Notes: generated by a model from the letters alone, not told the origin. Positions 48,539 through 58,787 are shown, counted from the first letter of the stretch. The stretch: 64,000 nt of DNA from Vicinamibacteria bacterium (GCA_965116805.1 OZ220713.1:2704594-2768593), one strand, 5' to 3'. Translations and numbers: made by a program.

Positions 48539-50884
48539 CTACCGGGTCGCCGCGGCGCCGTGTTCGTTCAGCACGTTCCAGACGCGCGCCGGGGTCATGG
48601 GAATCTCCATGTGACGCACCCCGAGGTGCCAGAGCGCGTCCACCACCGCGTTCACGACGGCCGGCGGCGCGCCCACCGTGGCGGACTCGCCCACCCCCTT
48701 GGCGCCGATCGGATGGTGCGGCGAAGGCGTGACCGTTTCGCCGAGCTCCCAGTGCGGGGTCTCCATCGCGGTGGGCACCAGGTACTCCATGAAGTTGCCC
48801 CCGGTGATGTTCCCGTCCGCGTCGTAGGAGATCTCCTCGAGGAGCGCGGGCGCGATCCCCATGGTGAGCCCGCCGTGGATCTGGCCGTCCACGATCATCG
48901 GGTTGATCCGCACGCCGCAGTCGTCCACCGCGACGAAGCGGCGGATCCGCACCTGGCCCGTGCCGCGGTCGATGTCCACGCAGCAGATGTAGGACCCGAA
49001 CGGGAAGGTCAGGTTGGGCGGGTCGTAGTAGGAGATCGCCTCCAGCCCGGCTTCCATTCCCTGCGGATGGTTCGTGTAGGCCGCGAAGGCGATGTCCTGG
49101 ATGGTCTTCGCCCGGTCCGGGGAGCCCTTCACATGGAACTTCCCCTGCTCCCACACGAGGTCGGCTTCGTCGGCTTCGAGCAGGTGGGCGGCGATCTTCC
49201 GCGCCTTCTCCCGGATCTTCCGCGACGCGATGGACGCCGCGGCGCCCGCGGTCGGGGTGGAGCGGCTCGCGTAGGTGCCGAGGCCGTAGGGCGCCGTATC
49301 GGTGTCCCCTTCCTCGACCTGGATGTCCTCCGGCGGGATTCCGAGTTCCTCCGCGATGATCTGCGCGTAGGTGGTCTCGTGCCCCTGCCCCTGTGACTTG
49401 GTGCCGAAGCGGGCGATCGCCTTCCCGGTGGGGTGGATCCGGATCTCGGCCGAGTCGAACATCTTGATCCCCAGGATGTCGAAGGTCTTCGACGGGCCGG
49501 CGCCCACGATCTCGGTGAAGGAGGAGATGCCGATCCCCATCAGCTCGCCGCGGGCGCGTTTGTCGGCCTGCTCGGCCCGGAGATCCTGGTAGCCGATCAT
49601 GTCCATGGCCTTCTCGAGCGCCGCGCCGTAGTTCCCGCTGTCGTACTCCCAGCCGAGCGCCGACTGGTACGGGAACTGTTCGGGCTTGATGAAGTTCCGC
49701 AGGCGGAAGTCCGCCGGGTCCTCCCCGTTCTCGCGGGCCAGCAGGTCCACCATGCGCTCGATGGCGTGCACCGCCTCGGTGACGCGGAACGAGCACCGGT
49801 AGGCGATCCCGCCCGGCGGCTTGTTCGTGTAGACCCCGTCGACTGACACGTGGGCGTTCTCGAGGTCGTAGGACCCGGTGGCGACGTGGTAGAGCCCGGC
49901 CGGGAACTTGGACGGGTTCGCCGCCGCGTCGGAATACCCGTGGTCGGCGACGGTGTCCAGCTTGAGGGCCGTCACCTTCCCGTTCTTCGATCCGAGCGTC
50001 GCCGAGATGTGGTAGTCGCGGGCGAAGGAATCCGCCTGGAGGTTCTCCGAGCGGTCCTCGATCCACTTCACCGGCTTGCCGGTGACCACCGAGGCGGCGG
50101 TCGCGAGCACGTAGCCGGGATAGACCGGCACCTTGCCCCCGAAACCGCCGCCGATGTCGGGCGAGATGACCCGGATCTTGTGCTCGGCGAGGCCGAGATG
50201 GGCGGTCACGAGCGCCACCACCGTGCGGATGGCGTGCGGGGCCTGGGTGGTCAGGTAGAGGGTCAGGTGGCCCTCTACCGGGTTCCAGCTCGCCACGCAG
50301 CCGCACGTCTCGATCGAAGCCACGTGGATGCGCGGCAGGTGCATCTTCTGCTCGACGACGGTGTCGCAGCCGGCGAGCGCCGCCTCCGTCCCGTCGGCGT
50401 CCCCATGCTCCCAGTGGAAGATGTGGTTGCTGTCCTTGTCGTCGCGGACCTTGGTCGCCCCGGGCTTCAGCGCCTCGTGGGGGTCCACCACCACCGGAAG
50501 CGGGTCGTAGTCGACTTCGAGGGCGGCGGCGCCGTCGGCGGCCGCGTAGCGGGACGTGGCCACGATCGCCGCCACTTCCTGCGCCTGGTACTTGACCGTG
50601 TCCACCGGCAGCACCATCTGCTGGTCGCTCATCAGGGTCGGCATCCACGCCAGCTTGAAACCCTCGAGGGTCTTCCCGGTGATCACCGCGGCCACCCCGT
50701 CGACCGCCATCGCGGTGTCCTCGTGGATCTTGGTGATCTTCGCGTGGGCGTAGGGGCTCCGGGCGATGTCCAGGTAGAGCATTCCCGGGAGCTTGACGTC
50801 GTCGATGTAGCGGCCCTGTCCCCTGATGAAGCGGGCGTCTTCCTTTCTCTGGACGGAGTGTCCGAGACCTCTGCACTCAGCCAT
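48539..50884 (-). CDS. coxL: Form-I CO dehydrogenase large subunit CoxL (Mo-Cu type)
   Basis: Active-site loop '[14 protein letters not shown]' (AYRCSFR is the form-I signature). 781 aa. Confidence 0.9.
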   Translation of the reverse strand: MAECRGLGHSVQRKEDARFIRGQGRYIDDVKLPGMLYLDIARSPYAHAKITKIHEDTAMAVDGVAAVITGKTLEGFKLAWMPTLMSDQQMVLPVDTVKYQAQEVAAIVATSRYAAADGAAALEVDYDPLPVVVDPHEALKPGATKVRDDKDSNHIFHWEHGDADGTEAALAGCDTVVEQKMHLPRIHVASIETCGCVASWNPVEGHLTLYLTTQAPHAIRTVVALVTAHLGLAEHKIRVISPDIGGGFGGKVPVYPGYVLATAASVVTGKPVKWIEDRSENLQADSFARDYHISATLGSKNGKVTALKLDTVADHGYSDAAANPSKFPAGLYHVATGSYDLENAHVSVDGVYTNKPPGGIAYRCSFRVTEAVHAIERMVDLLARENGEDPADFRLRNFIKPEQFPYQSALGWEYDSGNYGAALEKAMDMIGYQDLRAEQADKRARGELMGIGISSFTEIVGAGPSKTFDILGIKMFDSAEIRIHPTGKAIARFGTKSQGQGHETTYAQIIAEELGIPPEDIQVEEGDTDTAPYGLGTYASRSTPTAGAAASIASRKIREKARKIAAHLLEADEADLVWEQGKFHVKGSPDRAKTIQDIAFAAYTNHPQGMEAGLEAISYYDPPNLTFPFGSYICCVDIDRGTGQVRIRRFVAVDDCGVRINPMIVDGQIHGGLTMGIAPALLEEISYDADGNITGGNFMEYLVPTAMETPHWELGETVTPSPHHPIGAKGVGESATVGAPPAVVNAVVDALWHLGVRHMEIPMTPARVWNVLNEHGAAATR

Positions 50885-51359
50885 CGCTGTTCTCCTTCAT
50901 CAGTTCGCTGGCCCGCTGCACCGCTCTCACGATGTTGACGTAGCCGGTGCACCGGCACAGGTTGCCGGAGATGCCCCAGCGGATCTCCTCTTCGGATGGA
51001 TCCGGGTTCTCTTCGAGGAGCGCCTTCGAGGTCAGCATCATCCCGGGGGTACAGAAACCGCACTGGAGTCCGTGTTTCTCGGTGAATCCCTGCTGGACCG
51101 GATGGAGGCCGCCGTTTCCGAGTCCCTCCACGGTCGTGACCTCGGCGCCGTCGGCCGCCACGGCGAACACCGTGCAGCTCTTGGCGGGCACGCCGTTCAG
51201 GAGCACCGTGCAGGCGCCGCAGGAGGTCGTGTCGCACCCGATGTGGGTGCCCGTGAGGCCGAGTTCCTCGCGGATGAAGTGCACGAGCAGCAGCCGGGCC
51301 TCCACTTCGCGGGTGTGTTCTTCGCCGTTGATGGTGACGCTGATCTGGTGGGAACTCAT
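50877..51359 (-). CDS. coxS: CO dehydrogenase small (2Fe-2S) subunit CoxS
   Basis: '[11 protein letters not shown]' and 'CGFCTPG...CRCTGY' motifs. ATGA overlap with coxM and 8-nt overlap with coxL. Confidence 0.9.
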   Translation of the reverse strand: MSSHQISVTINGEEHTREVEARLLLVHFIREELGLTGTHIGCDTTSCGACTVLLNGVPAKSCTVFAVAADGAEVTTVEGLGNGGLHPVQQGFTEKHGLQCGFCTPGMMLTSKALLEENPDPSEEEIRWGISGNLCRCTGYVNIVRAVQRASELMKENSDG

Positions 51360-52225
51360 GACGCCTCCCTCGCCCGGGCGAGCGCGCTGGAGGCCGCCCG
51401 ATGGGTGAGCACGCGGACGACCGCGCGCTTGTAGTCGGCGGACCCCCGGTGGTCGTCAGCCGGATCGGCCGCCGCGGCGGCCGCTTCGGCGGCAGCGTCA
51501 AGCGCCGCGTCACCGCCGTCCGAACCGGCGAGCGCCGCCTCGGCGGCGCCGGCCTGGATCGCGCTGAGGCCCACGTTGGTGAGCGCCACTCCCGCGCCGG
51601 CGATCCGCCCGCCGTCGAGCTGCAGTTGGACGGCCACCGCCGCCACCGCGTAGTCGCCGACCTTCCGCTCGAACTTCTGGTAGGCGCCTCCGGAGCCGGG
51701 CCCGGCCTCCGGGATGCGGATCTCCGTCAGGATTTCCCCTTCTTCGAGGCAGGTCGAAAACGGCCCCGTGAAGAAATCGGACGCGGCGATCGTCCGCTGG
51801 CCGGAGGGGCCGGCGGCGACGAACGAGGCACGGTAGGCGAGCATGGCCGCCGGGTGGTCGTTGCCGGGATCGGCGTGGGCGACGTTCCCGCCCACGGTCG
51901 CCAGGTTCCGCACCACCGGATCGGCGATGACGCGGGTGGTGTCGGCGAGCAGCGGGTAGCGGCTCTGGACCAGGTCCGACTTCTCCAGAGCGGACTCGCG
52001 GGTCATCGCCCCGATGCAGAGGGACCCACCCTCTTCGCGGATTCCGGAGAGCCCGGGGATTCTCCTCAGGTCCACCAGCGCGGCCGGCTCCGCCAGCCGG
52101 AACCGCATCATGGGGATGAGGCTGTGTCCGCCGGCCAGCAGCTTGGCCTCAGGGTTCGCCAGCAGCAGCCGGCTCGCCTCCTCCAGGGTGTCGGGAGCGT
52201 GATAGTCGAAAGACGGTGGAATCAC
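51356..52225 (-). CDS. coxM: CO dehydrogenase medium (FAD) subunit CoxM
   Basis: GTG start at '[11 protein letters not shown]' with RBS AAGGAGGGG. 'AGGHSLIP' motif. The upstream 73 codons of ORF 51356..52444 are treated as a non-coding extension. Confidence 0.8.
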   Translation of the reverse strand: MIPPSFDYHAPDTLEEASRLLLANPEAKLLAGGHSLIPMMRFRLAEPAALVDLRRIPGLSGIREEGGSLCIGAMTRESALEKSDLVQSRYPLLADTTRVIADPVVRNLATVGGNVAHADPGNDHPAAMLAYRASFVAAGPSGQRTIAASDFFTGPFSTCLEEGEILTEIRIPEAGPGSGGAYQKFERKVGDYAVAAVAVQLQLDGGRIAGAGVALTNVGLSAIQAGAAEAALAGSDGGDAALDAAAEAAAAAADPADDHRGSADYKRAVVRVLTHRAASSALARAREAS

Positions 52226-52458
52226 GGAGTCCCCTCCTTTTCCGGACTTTCGAGCATACCAGTGCGTTTGGCGAGTAGAGCGCCCACAATTCGGGTGGCG
52301 CGTGGGCGAGGGACCGCCGGCCAGTCCTCCCGGTGGAGGCCGGCATCGCGCGGGAGCGCGAAACCAGCGCCGAGGACGCAGAGTCCTGCCAATGGGGGTG
52401 CTGCAACTCCTTCGAGTCCCCACCCGGCACCGGTTCTGATTCAATCCGCGCTCGGACC

Positions 52459-52737
52459 GTGTCTCAATCCTCCCCGCCGCGAGCGGGCGCCTGGAAACGC
52501 AGCCTCCGGCTGATCGCGGTCCTCCTGGCGATCTGGTTCACGGCGTCGCTCGGCCTGGGAGTCCTGCTCGCGGAGCCGCTCAACCGGATCTGGATGGGCG
52601 GCTTCCCGCTCGGCTTCTGGTTCGCCCAACAGGGCGCGATCCTGATCTTCCTGGTCCTGCTGGTCGTGAACGCGATCGCCATGGATCGGATCGAGGGGAA
52701 GGCCGACCGGTCCGAAGACACCGAGGATCCTTCGTGA
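52459..52737 (+). CDS. Small membrane protein, DUF4212-like symporter partner
   Basis: 92-aa two-TM protein, 'GGFPLGFWFAQQG' motif, stop overlapping the symporter GTG start. GTG start inferred. Confidence 0.55.
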   Translation: MSQSSPPRAGAWKRSLRLIAVLLAIWFTASLGLGVLLAEPLNRIWMGGFPLGFWFAQQGAILIFLVLLVVNAIAMDRIEGKADRSEDTEDPS

Positions 52738-54431
52738 GCATCGCCGGCTGGACCCTGGTCTTCGTCGTCGGCAGCTTCGCCCTCTACAGCGCCATCGCCG
52801 TCGCGAGCCGGGTAGGGACGACCTCGGGCTTCTACGTGGCGGGACGCGGGGTCTCCGCCCTCGCGAACGGCATGGCGACGGGCGCCGACTGGATGAGCGC
52901 CGCGTCGTTCATCTCGATGGCGGGGCTCATCTCCTTCATGGGCTACGACGGGGCGATCTACCTCATGGGGTGGACGGGCGGCTACGTCCTGCTCGCCCTG
53001 CTGGTAGCGCCCTATCTCCGCCGCTACGGCCGCTACACGATTCCGGAGTTCGTCGGCGACCGCTTCGCGTCCCAGGCCGCCCGGCTCACCGCGGTCGTGT
53101 GCGCGGTCTTCATCTCGTTCACCTACGTGGCGGGGCAGATGCGCGGCGTCGGAGTGGTCTTCTCGCGCTTCCTGACGATCCCGGTGGAGTACGGCGTGGC
53201 CATCGGCGGGATCATCGTGCTCCTCTACGCCACGCTCGGGGGGATGCGCGGGATCACCTACACCCAGGTCGCGCAGTACTGCGTGCTGATCGTCGCCTTC
53301 CTGATCCCGGCAGGGGCCATCTCCTGGATGATGACCGGAACCCCAATCCCCCAGATCGGCTTCGGCTCGCCGCTGATCGAGGGCGAACGGGCCGGCGTGG
53401 CGCTCCTGCGGGCGATCGACCAGATCCACGCCGATCTCGGGTTACCCGAGTACACGGGCGCGTTCCTCGCGGGGAAGAAGACGCTCCCCGACGTCTTCGC
53501 CATCACCATGGCGCTCATGACCGGGACGGCGGGACTCCCGCACGTCCTGATCCGCTTCTACACCGTCAAGACCGCCCGCCTCGCCCGCTGGAGCGTGATG
53601 TGGGCGCTCTTCTTCATCGCGATCCTCTACACCACCGCTCCGGCGGTCGCCGCCTTCGCCCGGGTCAACATGATCCAGACGCTTCACAACACGCCCTTCG
53701 CGGAGGCCCCGGACTGGTTCCGCAACTGGGCGGCCACGGGGCTCATCCAGTTCACCGACCGCAACGGCGACGGCCTCATCCAGTACAGCGAGGGGCCGGG
53801 GGCGGAACTCGCCATCGATCGGGACATCATGGTGCTCGCCAACCCCGAGATCGCCGAGCTGCCGGCGTGGGTCGTGGGGCTGGTGGCCGCGGGCGGCCTG
53901 GCGGCGGCGCTCTCCACCGCGGCCGGCCTGTTGCTCGTCATCTCGGCATCGGTCTCCCACGACCTGCTCAAGAGCTTCCTGCGGCCTGGCATGAGCGAGC
54001 GGAAGGAGCTGTTGGCCGCCCGGCTCTCGGCCGCCGGCGCGTGCGTGGTGGCGATCATCGTCGGGATCTATCCGCCCGACTACGTCGCGGCCGTCGTCGC
54101 TTTCGCCTTCGGGCTGGCCGCCGCCAGCTTCTTCCCGGCGCTGGTCCTGGGGGTCTTCACCACCTGGGTGACCGCCCGCGGCGCGGTGGCCGGCATGATC
54201 GCCGGGACCGGGTTCACCGCCGTCTACATCGGCTGGTTCAAGGTCTTCGAGTGGAGCGGCCCGGAGGCGTGGTGGTTCGGGATCAGCCCGGAAGGGATCG
54301 GCACCCTGGGCATGCTGATCAACTTCGGCGTCACCTGGTTCGTGAGCCGCCGCACCGGCCCGCCGCCGGCGGACAGCGCGCGGATGGTGGCGATGCTCCG
54401 GGGGGAAAGGGCAAACGAAGCCTCGGGTTAG
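52734..54431 (+). CDS. Sodium:solute symporter (SSS family, cation/acetate-symporter-like)
   Basis: 565 aa, about 14 TM segments, SSS signature regions. Confidence 0.85.
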   Translation: MSIAGWTLVFVVGSFALYSAIAVASRVGTTSGFYVAGRGVSALANGMATGADWMSAASFISMAGLISFMGYDGAIYLMGWTGGYVLLALLVAPYLRRYGRYTIPEFVGDRFASQAARLTAVVCAVFISFTYVAGQMRGVGVVFSRFLTIPVEYGVAIGGIIVLLYATLGGMRGITYTQVAQYCVLIVAFLIPAGAISWMMTGTPIPQIGFGSPLIEGERAGVALLRAIDQIHADLGLPEYTGAFLAGKKTLPDVFAITMALMTGTAGLPHVLIRFYTVKTARLARWSVMWALFFIAILYTTAPAVAAFARVNMIQTLHNTPFAEAPDWFRNWAATGLIQFTDRNGDGLIQYSEGPGAELAIDRDIMVLANPEIAELPAWVVGLVAAGGLAAALSTAAGLLLVISASVSHDLLKSFLRPGMSERKELLAARLSAAGACVVAIIVGIYPPDYVAAVVAFAFGLAAASFFPALVLGVFTTWVTARGAVAGMIAGTGFTAVYIGWFKVFEWSGPEAWWFGISPEGIGTLGMLINFGVTWFVSRRTGPPPADSARMVAMLRGERANEASG

Positions 54432-54483
54432 GGGCCTGCGCGTCGCGGTCACCGGCGCCGCCGGCTCCGTCGGCTCCAGGCTG

Positions 54484-55371
54484 TTGGAGCGGCTCACGGC
54501 TTCGGAGCGCGTAGCTGCGGTCGTCGCTTTCGATGTCCGCCCCATCGTCCTCGAACATCCGAAGCTGGCGGCGTTCCGGCAGGACATCCGGCGTCCCATG
54601 GACGACATCCTGCGCGAGCACGGCATCGGCGCCGTCGCGCACCTGGCCTTCAGGCTCCAGACCGGTCACGACGCCGAGTCCGCCCGGTCCGTGAACGTGG
54701 AAGGAACCGCCCAAGTGCTCAGTGGATGCCAGGCTGCCGGAGTGAATCAACTCGTCTACCTCAGCAGCACCACGGTGTACGGAGCCCGCGCCGGCGACCC
54801 GCGGCCCTACACGGAGGAGTCGCCCCTGCGGCCCGTCGAAGGTTTCCGATACGCCGAGGACAAAGCCGTCACGGAGCGGATGCTGAAAGCCTTCGGCGCG
54901 GCCAATCCGGACACCTCGGTCACCGTGCTGCGCTGCTGCGGCGTGCTGGGGCCACGCTCCGACAACTTCGCCGCCCGTGCGCTCCGCCGGCTGATGCTGG
55001 TGCGCGTTCGCGGCGCCGACCCGCAGATGCAGTTCATCCACGAGGACGACCTGCAGGAGGCGCTGGAGGGTTGTCTGCTGCGACCGGTCCCGGGCGTCTT
55101 CAACGTGGCCGGAGAAGGCACGCTGGCGCTCAGCGAGATGGCGCGGTTGGCGGGCTCGCGTTCGGTCGCGCTACCGGAGCCGCTGCTGCGGACCCTGACC
55201 CAGGTGAGTTGGGTGCTGCGCCTGCAGAGCTACGGCCCCGCCGGTGGGCTCGCGATGGTCCGGTGGCCCTGGGTCGCGAGCATCGCGAAGCTGACTCGGG
55301 AGACCGGGTTCCGGCCCCGCTACACCTCACGGCAAGCGCTGGAATCGTCAGTACCGGCGCACGGCCGCTAG
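54484..55371 (+). CDS. NAD-dependent epimerase/dehydratase (extended SDR) family protein; true start probably upstream
   Basis: The in-frame upstream sequence encodes the Rossmann motif 'LRVAVTGAAGSVGSRLL' but contains no ATG/GTG/TTG (only CTG at about 54436), so the TTG at 54484 truncates the motif. Confidence 0.65.
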   Translation: MERLTASERVAAVVAFDVRPIVLEHPKLAAFRQDIRRPMDDILREHGIGAVAHLAFRLQTGHDAESARSVNVEGTAQVLSGCQAAGVNQLVYLSSTTVYGARAGDPRPYTEESPLRPVEGFRYAEDKAVTERMLKAFGAANPDTSVTVLRCCGVLGPRSDNFAARALRRLMLVRVRGADPQMQFIHEDDLQEALEGCLLRPVPGVFNVAGEGTLALSEMARLAGSRSVALPEPLLRTLTQVSWVLRLQSYGPAGGLAMVRWPWVASIAKLTRETGFRPRYTSRQALESSVPAHGR

Positions 55372-55401
55372 GTTCCGTCGCCGGCCGGGGGTAACCCCGC
55401 C

Positions 55402-55896
55402 TCACCCGGAATGCGAGGGCGCGTGGTCGCGCTTCCAGATGAGAAAGGTGCGGCGGAACTCGATCACGACGACGCCGTCCTGGTTCTTTCCCCGGGTGCG
55501 GACGGTCACGATGCCGGCTTCGGGGCGGGAGCGGGACTCGCGGGTCGAGAGCACTTCGCTCTCCGAATAGAGCGTGTCCCCTTCGAAGAGGGGAGCGGGC
55601 AGCCGGACCTCGTCCCAGCCGAGGTTCGCGAGCACGTTCCGGGTCAGGTCGTTCACCGACTGGCCGGTAGCGAGCGCCAGCGTCAGGCACGAGTTCACGA
55701 GCGGCTTGCCGAATGGCGTGCGCTCGGAGTGGTGGCGGTCGATGTGGATCGGGTTCTGGTTCTGGGTGAGGAGCGAGAACCAGGAGTTGTCGGCGGCGAG
55801 GACGGTGCGCCCGAGCGGGTGGACGATGCGCTGGCCGACGTGGAAGTCCTCGTAGAAGCGGCCGGCGTCGCGTTCCGCGGCGGAGGCTTCCAACAT
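55402..55896 (-). CDS. MaoC-like (R)-specific enoyl-CoA hydratase, hotdog fold
   Basis: 'DFHVGQ' and 'NQNPIHID' MaoC dehydratase motifs. Confidence 0.8.
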   Translation of the reverse strand: MLEASAAERDAGRFYEDFHVGQRIVHPLGRTVLAADNSWFSLLTQNQNPIHIDRHHSERTPFGKPLVNSCLTLALATGQSVNDLTRNVLANLGWDEVRLPAPLFEGDTLYSESEVLSTRESRSRPEAGIVTVRTRGKNQDGVVVIEFRRTFLIWKRDHAPSHSG

Positions 55897-55983
55897 GGCG
55901 TCCCTACCCTATCCGGTCGGCGCACACGGTCGCGGCGTCTTCTGCGGGGGTTGACCGGACCCGCACCGTGATCGCCGGCTCCG

Positions 55984-57126
55984 CTAGAGGATGCGGCCGA
56001 GGTCGGGCAGCGCGCGTTCCAGCGGTATCGCCGTGATGCCGTCCAGCTCCAGCTCGTGGCCCCCGCCGTAGAGAACCCAGCACCTCGCGATCGGGTAGTC
56101 CTGCCTGAATTCGCGCAGCGATCGCGTGTCCGCCGAGTGGAGTTGACGAGATCGTTTCACCTCGATGGCGACCAGGCCCCGCGGGCCGTACAACACGAAG
56201 TCCACCTCGAGGTGCGCCCGGGTGCGCCAGTAGTGGATCTGATAGCCGTAAGCGCGGTAGTCGTTGGCAGCTCGCAGCTCCTGCAGCACGAGCGTCTCCA
56301 GCGCCGGGCCGTCGATCTCGGCATCGGAATCCAGCGGGCCGGCCGGCCGAATGGTGCGGAAGACGCCCGCATCGAAGAAATAGAACTTCTGCTGCGAGAT
56401 CAGCCTGCGCCGAGCGCGTCGGGAGAAGACGGGCAGCCTGACGGCCAGCAGCAAGTCGTCGAGGATCGAGAAGTAGTTCTCCGTGGTGGCCCGCGACACC
56501 TGGGCATCGCGCGCGATCCCGCTGATGTTGAGCGGCTGCCCCTGGGACAGGCTTGCGGCCTCGAGGAAACGGGCGAAGTGCCCGATGTTTCGGGTCAGCC
56601 CCTCCTGCATGACCTCTTCACGGAGATAGGTCTGCACGTAGTCCTTAAGGTAACGGCGCGGGTCCGGATCGTTGAATCGGGCGGGCAGGTGCCCGAAACG
56701 AACGGAACGCCCCAGATCGAACGCGTCCCCCTGCTCCATCGCGGTCAGCGGGTGCATGAAGTACGTCCGGGCTCGCCCCGCGAGCAGATTGACTCCCTTT
56801 CGGCGCAGCGTCCTCGCGCTCGACCCGGTCAGGATGAATTTCAGGCCGCGCGACTCGATGAGGTCGTGTACCTCGTTCAGCAAGGCCGGGATGCGCTGCA
56901 CTTCGTCGATCACCACCCAGCCCTGGTGTCCAGGAGGAACCAGATGGCGGATGCGGCCTGGTTCGGCGGACAGTGGGCCGTAGAAGTCCGACCGCAACAG
57001 GTTGATGAAGGGCGCCTCCGGTACCCGGCGGCGCAGCCAGGTGGTCTTTCCGGTTCCCCGCGGGCCGAAAAGGAAGAAGCTTCGGCCCGCGTCCAGGGGG
57101 TCGCCAAGTAGCCGCTTGAACTCCAT
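55984..57126 (-). CDS. AAA-family ATPase with a DUF4143-type C-terminal domain (COG1373-like)
   Basis: Walker A 'GPRGTGKTT' and Walker B 'VVIDEVQR'. C-terminal region resembles the restriction-endonuclease-like DUF4143 fold. Confidence 0.75.
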   Translation of the reverse strand: MEFKRLLGDPLDAGRSFFLFGPRGTGKTTWLRRRVPEAPFINLLRSDFYGPLSAEPGRIRHLVPPGHQGWVVIDEVQRIPALLNEVHDLIESRGLKFILTGSSARTLRRKGVNLLAGRARTYFMHPLTAMEQGDAFDLGRSVRFGHLPARFNDPDPRRYLKDYVQTYLREEVMQEGLTRNIGHFARFLEAASLSQGQPLNISGIARDAQVSRATTENYFSILDDLLLAVRLPVFSRRARRRLISQQKFYFFDAGVFRTIRPAGPLDSDAEIDGPALETLVLQELRAANDYRAYGYQIHYWRTRAHLEVDFVLYGPRGLVAIEVKRSRQLHSADTRSLREFRQDYPIARCWVLYGGGHELELDGITAIPLERALPDLGRIL

Positions 57127-57193
57127 CGTTCGGTTCCGGTACGCCGCCTGAGAGATATGACAGCGTGTTTAGCCGGGTATTTTACATCAATAC

Positions 57194-57218
57194 ATGAAAA
57201 TCACCGGGATATTTTCAT
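57194..57218 (-). promoter_or_regulatory. AT-rich promoter/operator candidate upstream of the AAA ATPase gene: perfect IR ATGAAAAT-N9-ATTTTCAT plus direct repeat CCGGG(T/A)TATTTT
   Basis: Strong local drop in GC (57160-57240) within a 218-bp intergenic region. The palindrome is read directly. Confidence 0.45.
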
Positions 57219-57344
57219 GTTGCACGGAGATTTTGACGCCGCTCCAGGCGTCCCTCCCGATGCGAGACTGGCTGAATGCGGTTTCGACCGCCTCTCGGCG
57301 GTCGATGCCGGCCGGAGGCCGGCGCTCCGAGCCGCTTCCCGGCC

Positions 57345-57662
57345 CTAGCGGCGGACTTTCACCGCGGTGCCGTAGGCGAGGATCTCGGCCGCGGTGGTCA
57401 TCAGCACCGAGGTCGCGATCCGCATGCCGACGATGGCGTCGGCGCCGAGCGCTTCGGCGTGCTCGATCATGCGGGCGATGGCCTGCTCGCGGCTCTCCGC
57501 CATGAGCTTCGTGTAGGACTCGACCTCGCCGCCGACCACTCCCTTGAGGCCGGCCATGATGTCGCGGCCGAGATGGCGGGCGCGGATCGTGTTGCCGCGG
57601 GCGATGCCCAGGACGGCGGTGATCTCCCCGCCGGGAACTTCGTTGGTGGTACTGACAATCAT
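57345..57662 (-). CDS. YbjQ-family (UPF0145) protein
   Basis: 105 aa matching the YbjQ family end to end ('GGEITAVLGIARGNTIRA...'). Confidence 0.8.
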   Translation of the reverse strand: MIVSTTNEVPGGEITAVLGIARGNTIRARHLGRDIMAGLKGVVGGEVESYTKLMAESREQAIARMIEHAEALGADAIVGMRIATSVLMTTAAEILAYGTAVKVRR

Positions 57663-58030
57663 CGTCGGACTCTCCGGAAAGGATCGGTGGAACGGGCGCG
57701 GATCCTCTCTCGGATCGCGCCCAGCAAGAGAAGCAGGATGCCGAGCAGGAACCCGGCGGTGCCGAAGCGAACGATCACCGGGACCGATGCGTCAGCCATG
57801 AATTCGGTGGCGAACACGTACGCCCAGTAGCCGAGGAGCAACGCCCCCGAGGCGGAGAGCAGCGTCCAGGCGACGCCCCGCTCGAGGCGCGAGTAGACGC
57901 CGAGCCAGAAACGGTCCATCGCCGCGTCGTCCCAGTCGGCGGGCCGAGGTTCGAGTTCGGGTCCGCCCGGTGCGTCTTCGGGAATTCGCCCCGAGGCCCC
58001 CGGAGCCTGGTTTCCATCGTGATCTGTCAT
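57659..58030 (-). CDS. Small two-TM membrane protein, hypothetical (possible sigma-factor partner)
   Basis: Start at the internal ATG with RBS AGGAGG. ATGA overlap with the ybjQ-like gene. An Ala/Pro/Gly/Asp-rich (acidic) N-terminus precedes two TM helices. Confidence 0.5.
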   Translation of the reverse strand: MTDHDGNQAPGASGRIPEDAPGGPELEPRPADWDDAAMDRFWLGVYSRLERGVAWTLLSASGALLLGYWAYVFATEFMADASVPVIVRFGTAGFLLGILLLLLGAIRERIRARSTDPFRRVRR

Positions 58031-58067
58031 CGGGTTTCCTCCTTCCGGTCCTTGTTTCTTTGTTGGG

Positions 58068-58742
58068 TCACCTTCGGCCACCACCCGCGAGGAACCGCCG
58101 CAGCCGGCGGCGGGCGGTGTGCAGCCGGGACGCCACCGTCCCTTCGGGAATGCCGAGGCGCTCCGCGACTTCGCTGTGGACGTAGCCCTCCATGTCGCGC
58201 ATCACCACCACCCGGCGCTGTTCCTCGGGAAGTTCGCGGAGCCCGCGTTCGAGCATCAACCGCTGGTGCACGGACTGCATGCCGCCATCGACCGACGGCT
58301 CCCGGACGCCCTCGAGCCCGATCTCGGGCCGGCGCCGGCGCAGGTAGCTGCGGCAGACGTTGTCCAGGATGGTCAGGAACCAGGGCAGGAACGGGCGCCC
58401 CAGACGGAACCGCGGCATCGCATGGAACGCCCGGGCGAACGCCTCCTGCGCGAGGTCGCGCGCCTCCTCCCGGTCGCCGACCCGGCGGTAGGCGTACGCC
58501 TGCGCCCACCGGGCGTAGCGCCGCACGAGCGGCTCGTAGGCGCGCCGGCTGCCGTTGCGGCACCGGCGGATCCACTCCTGCTCCTCCGGGTCGGGTACGC
58601 CGGGCCGGTTTCCCGGGGTGCTTCCGGCGGTCGAGGTTTCGTCTGTCAAGGCTTCTATGGAGGAACTACGCGGCAGGGACCCGAATTCTTCATCCGCCGC
58701 AGAGGACGCCCGGACGGCAAGCGCCCGAGGCCCCGGGGTCAC
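58068..58742 (-). CDS. ECF-subfamily sigma-70 factor
   Basis: Region 2 'DLAQEAFARAFHAMPRFR' and region 4 'LPEEQRRVVVMRDMEGYVHSEVAERLGIPEGTVASRLHTARRRLR'. The 5' end may be shorter. Confidence 0.8.
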   Translation of the reverse strand: MTPGPRALAVRASSAADEEFGSLPRSSSIEALTDETSTAGSTPGNRPGVPDPEEQEWIRRCRNGSRRAYEPLVRRYARWAQAYAYRRVGDREEARDLAQEAFARAFHAMPRFRLGRPFLPWFLTILDNVCRSYLRRRRPEIGLEGVREPSVDGGMQSVHQRLMLERGLRELPEEQRRVVVMRDMEGYVHSEVAERLGIPEGTVASRLHTARRRLRRFLAGGGRR

Positions 58743-58787
58743 GACAACCGATTGGCCCGCCCGCCGCGTCTTGACTACTCTTGAACG

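Noticed and set aside
54331-55041. 236-aa minus-strand ORF
   Set aside because: Antisense to the symporter 3' end and the SDR gene, with no recognisable fold.
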